The notes under the pieces: model-generated
Databases searched by the model: none
Told to the model about the DNA's origin: nothing
The model's input: only the letters and a program-made list of their open reading frames with translations
NCBI GenBank assembly: GCA_963977015.1
Contig: CAXBMO010000012.1
Location: 96,001 to 160,000 of the forward strand
Direction of reading: 5' to 3'
Origin: an uncultured bacterium
Lineage (GTDB): Bacteria; Verrucomicrobiota; Verrucomicrobiia; Verrucomicrobiales; DEV007
Length of the DNA stretch: 64,000 nucleotides
Made by a program: the position numbers and the translations under genes
Shown: positions 62,601 through 64,000 of the stretch, piece by piece
Layout of the letters: every line of letters begins with the position of its first letter
Numbering within the stretch: the stretch's first letter is position 1

Positions 62601-64000
62601 GATTTCATCACCCGGCGTGCTGCCGTTTTCCCGGAAGGTCGAACGGCGATCACGGTTTCGCTCTCGAGGGCTCCCAATGCCAAAGCCTTCAGTGCCCAGT
62701 CCAATCAGCTTCTGCTCGCGCTTTCCAACTTGCCTCCGGTCGAAACTCCGGATGCCTGGGACAAGGCCAAAGCGAAGGGAAAATCGTTTGGGAAGAATGC
62801 GCAGGTTGAGGCGGTTCTCAGCCGTATGGGGGCTCGGTTTGGAGATGAGGAATTCTTTCCCCAGTGGCGTCGCGTGGCGAGAAATAGTAAGCAGAAGATG
62901 GAGGCGCGGATTGAGGCCTTGAAGTTGCTGACCGTGGGCAAGGATCCCGAGATCGGAACACTCGCCCGCGAAGTTCTGAGTGTGCCAGCTCTTCGGCCCG
63001 TCGCCATCGCCGCACTTCGTCAGGATCCCGGCAAAGAGACGGCGGACGCATTGGTGAGACTGGTTCCGAATCTCTCATTAAAGATGCGCAACGAGGCGAT
63101 CAATCTTCTCGGGACGAGACCGGAGATGGCGTTGGTTCTCCTGCGGGCGGTTGATGAAAAGCGCCTGGAGGCGTCCTTGATTTCTCCGGTGATGTTGGAT
63201 CAATTCGACCGATTCGAGAACGAGGAAATTGATGCGATTCTGGATCGGAACTGGGTGCGAGGAGGTGGGGGGATTGATTTGGCCCAACTCACCGTGGCGA
63301 TTGGCCAATGGAGGAAAAAGCTCAATCCGAGAGTCATGGCAAGGGCGAACGCGCAACGTGGTCGGCAGACCTACGTCATGACCTGTGGCACCTGTCATCA
63401 GCTCTTTGGCGAAGGAATCGCGTTGGGGCCGGACCTGACCGGATCGAATCGTGCGGACCTGGGCTACATTCTCGAGAACGTTCTCGCGCCAAGCGCCGTG
63501 GTGGGGAAAGACTACCTTCTGAACATCTTTACGTTGAAGGATGGATCAACCGTCAGTGGAATGATCGAGAAGGAGACTCCGGAGTTCATTCAAGTCTCGA
63601 TGGCGGGAGGCACGAAAACCGATGTTCAGGTTACCGAAATCAAGGAACGCCAGGAAGTCGCGCAGTCGCTCATGCCTGCCGGTCTCTTTGATGCGCTGCC
63701 GCTGGGGCAGGTTGCGGATTTGGTGGCTTATCTGGCTAGTCCGACTCAGGTTTCCCCAACGGGGAGAGGGAACGTCGCGGCTTCTCCCCAGAGCGCAGTT
63801 CCTGCTCCAGGCAACGGTGTCATGCGAATCGAGGCGGAGGATCTTGCCGCGAAATATCAGCCTCAGGGTGGAAACGGGAAGCCGCAGAATATGGAACACT
63901 TTCAGGATGCGTGGTCCGAAAATCGGCAGTTGTGGTGGGTCGGCGGAAAGCCCGGTGAGGTCTATACGTTGAAGCTGGATGGCGTGGGACCGGGGATGAA
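59640..64000 (+). CDS. FG-GAP-repeat + PVC-type membrane-bound dehydrogenase / CxxCH heme-binding protein; 3'-truncated
   Basis: Absent from the ORF track, consistent with no stop before the window end. Segments translated by hand: MKTPFIVLLAIPSLLVA signal, GDINGDGNPD FG-GAP repeats, VPDGFSLDLIAAEP..QPIAMTFDARGRIWV, CGTCH at 63384-63398 in frame, GPDLTG, SLMPAGL. Confidence 0.88.
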   Translation, partial: MKTPFIVLLAIPSLLVAESSWKTTPLIGDFHAEGAGVGDINGDGNPDIAYGPFWFAGPDFSKQNRFADGDPFDGGTGYSDNFFSFVRDFNGDGKNDILVFGFPGKSARLYLNSAAERWEMIEVADQVANESPHLIDLIPGGVPEIVCARSKTYGYYEAGEDATKPWTWHTVSGPNEAATPFGHGLGVGDINGDGRADVVERMHWYEQPANPGDGPWKKHNWAMVPYGGGGAQMLVDDVDGDGDNDIITSLNAHAYGIAWFEQVSPGKFARHNIVGQTSTENRHGVAFSQPHALALADMDGDGRNDFVTGKRYFAHKGRDPGGLQDAVLYWFRNTVRGGEIEFVPHLVDDDSGVGVEVKVVDLNGDERPDIVTSSKKGLIVHTQTGAGHAAMESWKEESRRTQDTYGTKLSPEAARDQTDVPDGFSLDLIAAEPNVTQPIAMTFDARGRIWVIEGHTYPQRAPEGEGRDRIIILEDRNADGSFETRKVFAENLNLASGIEIGFGGVYVGAAPYLLFFPDKNQDDVPDGEPEILLDGWGYQDTHETLNAFTWGPDGWLYGCHGVFTHSKVGKPGTPNDERTRINAGVWRFHPVSRQFEVYAHGTSNPWGVDFNEYGDWFVSACVIPHFYHLSHGGRYQRQAGQHFDPFTFDDIKTIADHVHYLGNIRALKDVRGGRLSEEQADTAALGGGHAHCGLAIYDAPEFPAAFRGEAFFHNLHGHRLVREQLGHDGSGYLARHRPDFVLTNNHDFVGVGVMQGPDGALYYSDWVDPQTCHHRDVEVWDRANGRIFRVRYGEAKTTVTNLLVQSDVELVATLGHANSFFARQAQRLLQERAAAGTLDGEAVDLALTQFESRHSGDVPMRLRALWARHVTGLLSGELLMAALADPSEHVRGWAVQLAQPNTAILTQLATLAKHDDSLIVRRYLASKLQFLPLDDRWDIARGLIAHSRSQFDRNIPFLAWYGIAPLVEADPASALQLVGQTPWPQLKDFITRRAAVFPEGRTAITVSLSRAPNAKAFSAQSNQLLLALSNLPPVETPDAWDKAKAKGKSFGKNAQVEAVLSRMGARFGDEEFFPQWRRVARNSKQKMEARIEALKLLTVGKDPEIGTLAREVLSVPALRPVAIAALRQDPGKETADALVRLVPNLSLKMRNEAINLLGTRPEMALVLLRAVDEKRLEASLISPVMLDQFDRFENEEIDAILDRNWVRGGGGIDLAQLTVAIGQWRKKLNPRVMARANAQRGRQTYVMTCGTCHQLFGEGIALGPDLTGSNRADLGYILENVLAPSAVVGKDYLLNIFTLKDGSTVSGMIEKETPEFIQVSMAGGTKTDVQVTEIKERQEVAQSLMPAGLFDALPLGQVADLVAYLASPTQVSPTGRGNVAASPQSAVPAPGNGVMRIEAEDLAAKYQPQGGNGKPQNMEHFQDAWSENRQLWWVGGKPGEVYTLKLDGVGPGM

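Overview
GC-rich bacterial DNA, most likely from a PVC-superphylum organism (Verrucomicrobia-like, inferred from sulfatases, SHD1 proteins and a PVC-type CxxCH heme protein). (i) 1-27 kb is a large secretion/modification locus. It holds the 3' part of a giant (>3,900 aa) acidic RTX/Calx-beta/beta-helix surface protein, an O-methyltransferase, TolC, a radical SAM enzyme, two unknown proteins, a tryptophan-halogenase homologue with an altered active site and two tandem DUF3467-like proteins. It ends with an operon for a GAF-HlyD adaptor, an M50 peptidase-HlyD fusion, a short accessory SecA (SecA_DEAD type) and a third adaptor; no ABC/RND pump is visible. (ii) 27-41 kb: hydrolases, GH16, a REP-associated tyrosine transposase (RAYT) flanked by inverted REPs, a DsbD whose thioredoxin active site reads W-TGA-L-T-C (probable selenoprotein, with a candidate SECIS hairpin), a desaturase and a sugar-acid dehydratase. 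(iii) 41-48 kb: a divergent pair, lipase-like/TM/WD40 protein with seven near-identical repeats and an exported TPR-CHAT protease. (iv) 48-64 kb: PpiD/SurA-like chaperone, four sulfatases interrupted by a second RAYT with a REPIN, mutarotase, Gfo/Idh/MocA oxidoreductase and a PVC-type heme protein running off the window. No rRNA, tRNA or CRISPR array was recognised. All family calls come from motif recognition by eye; no searches were run.
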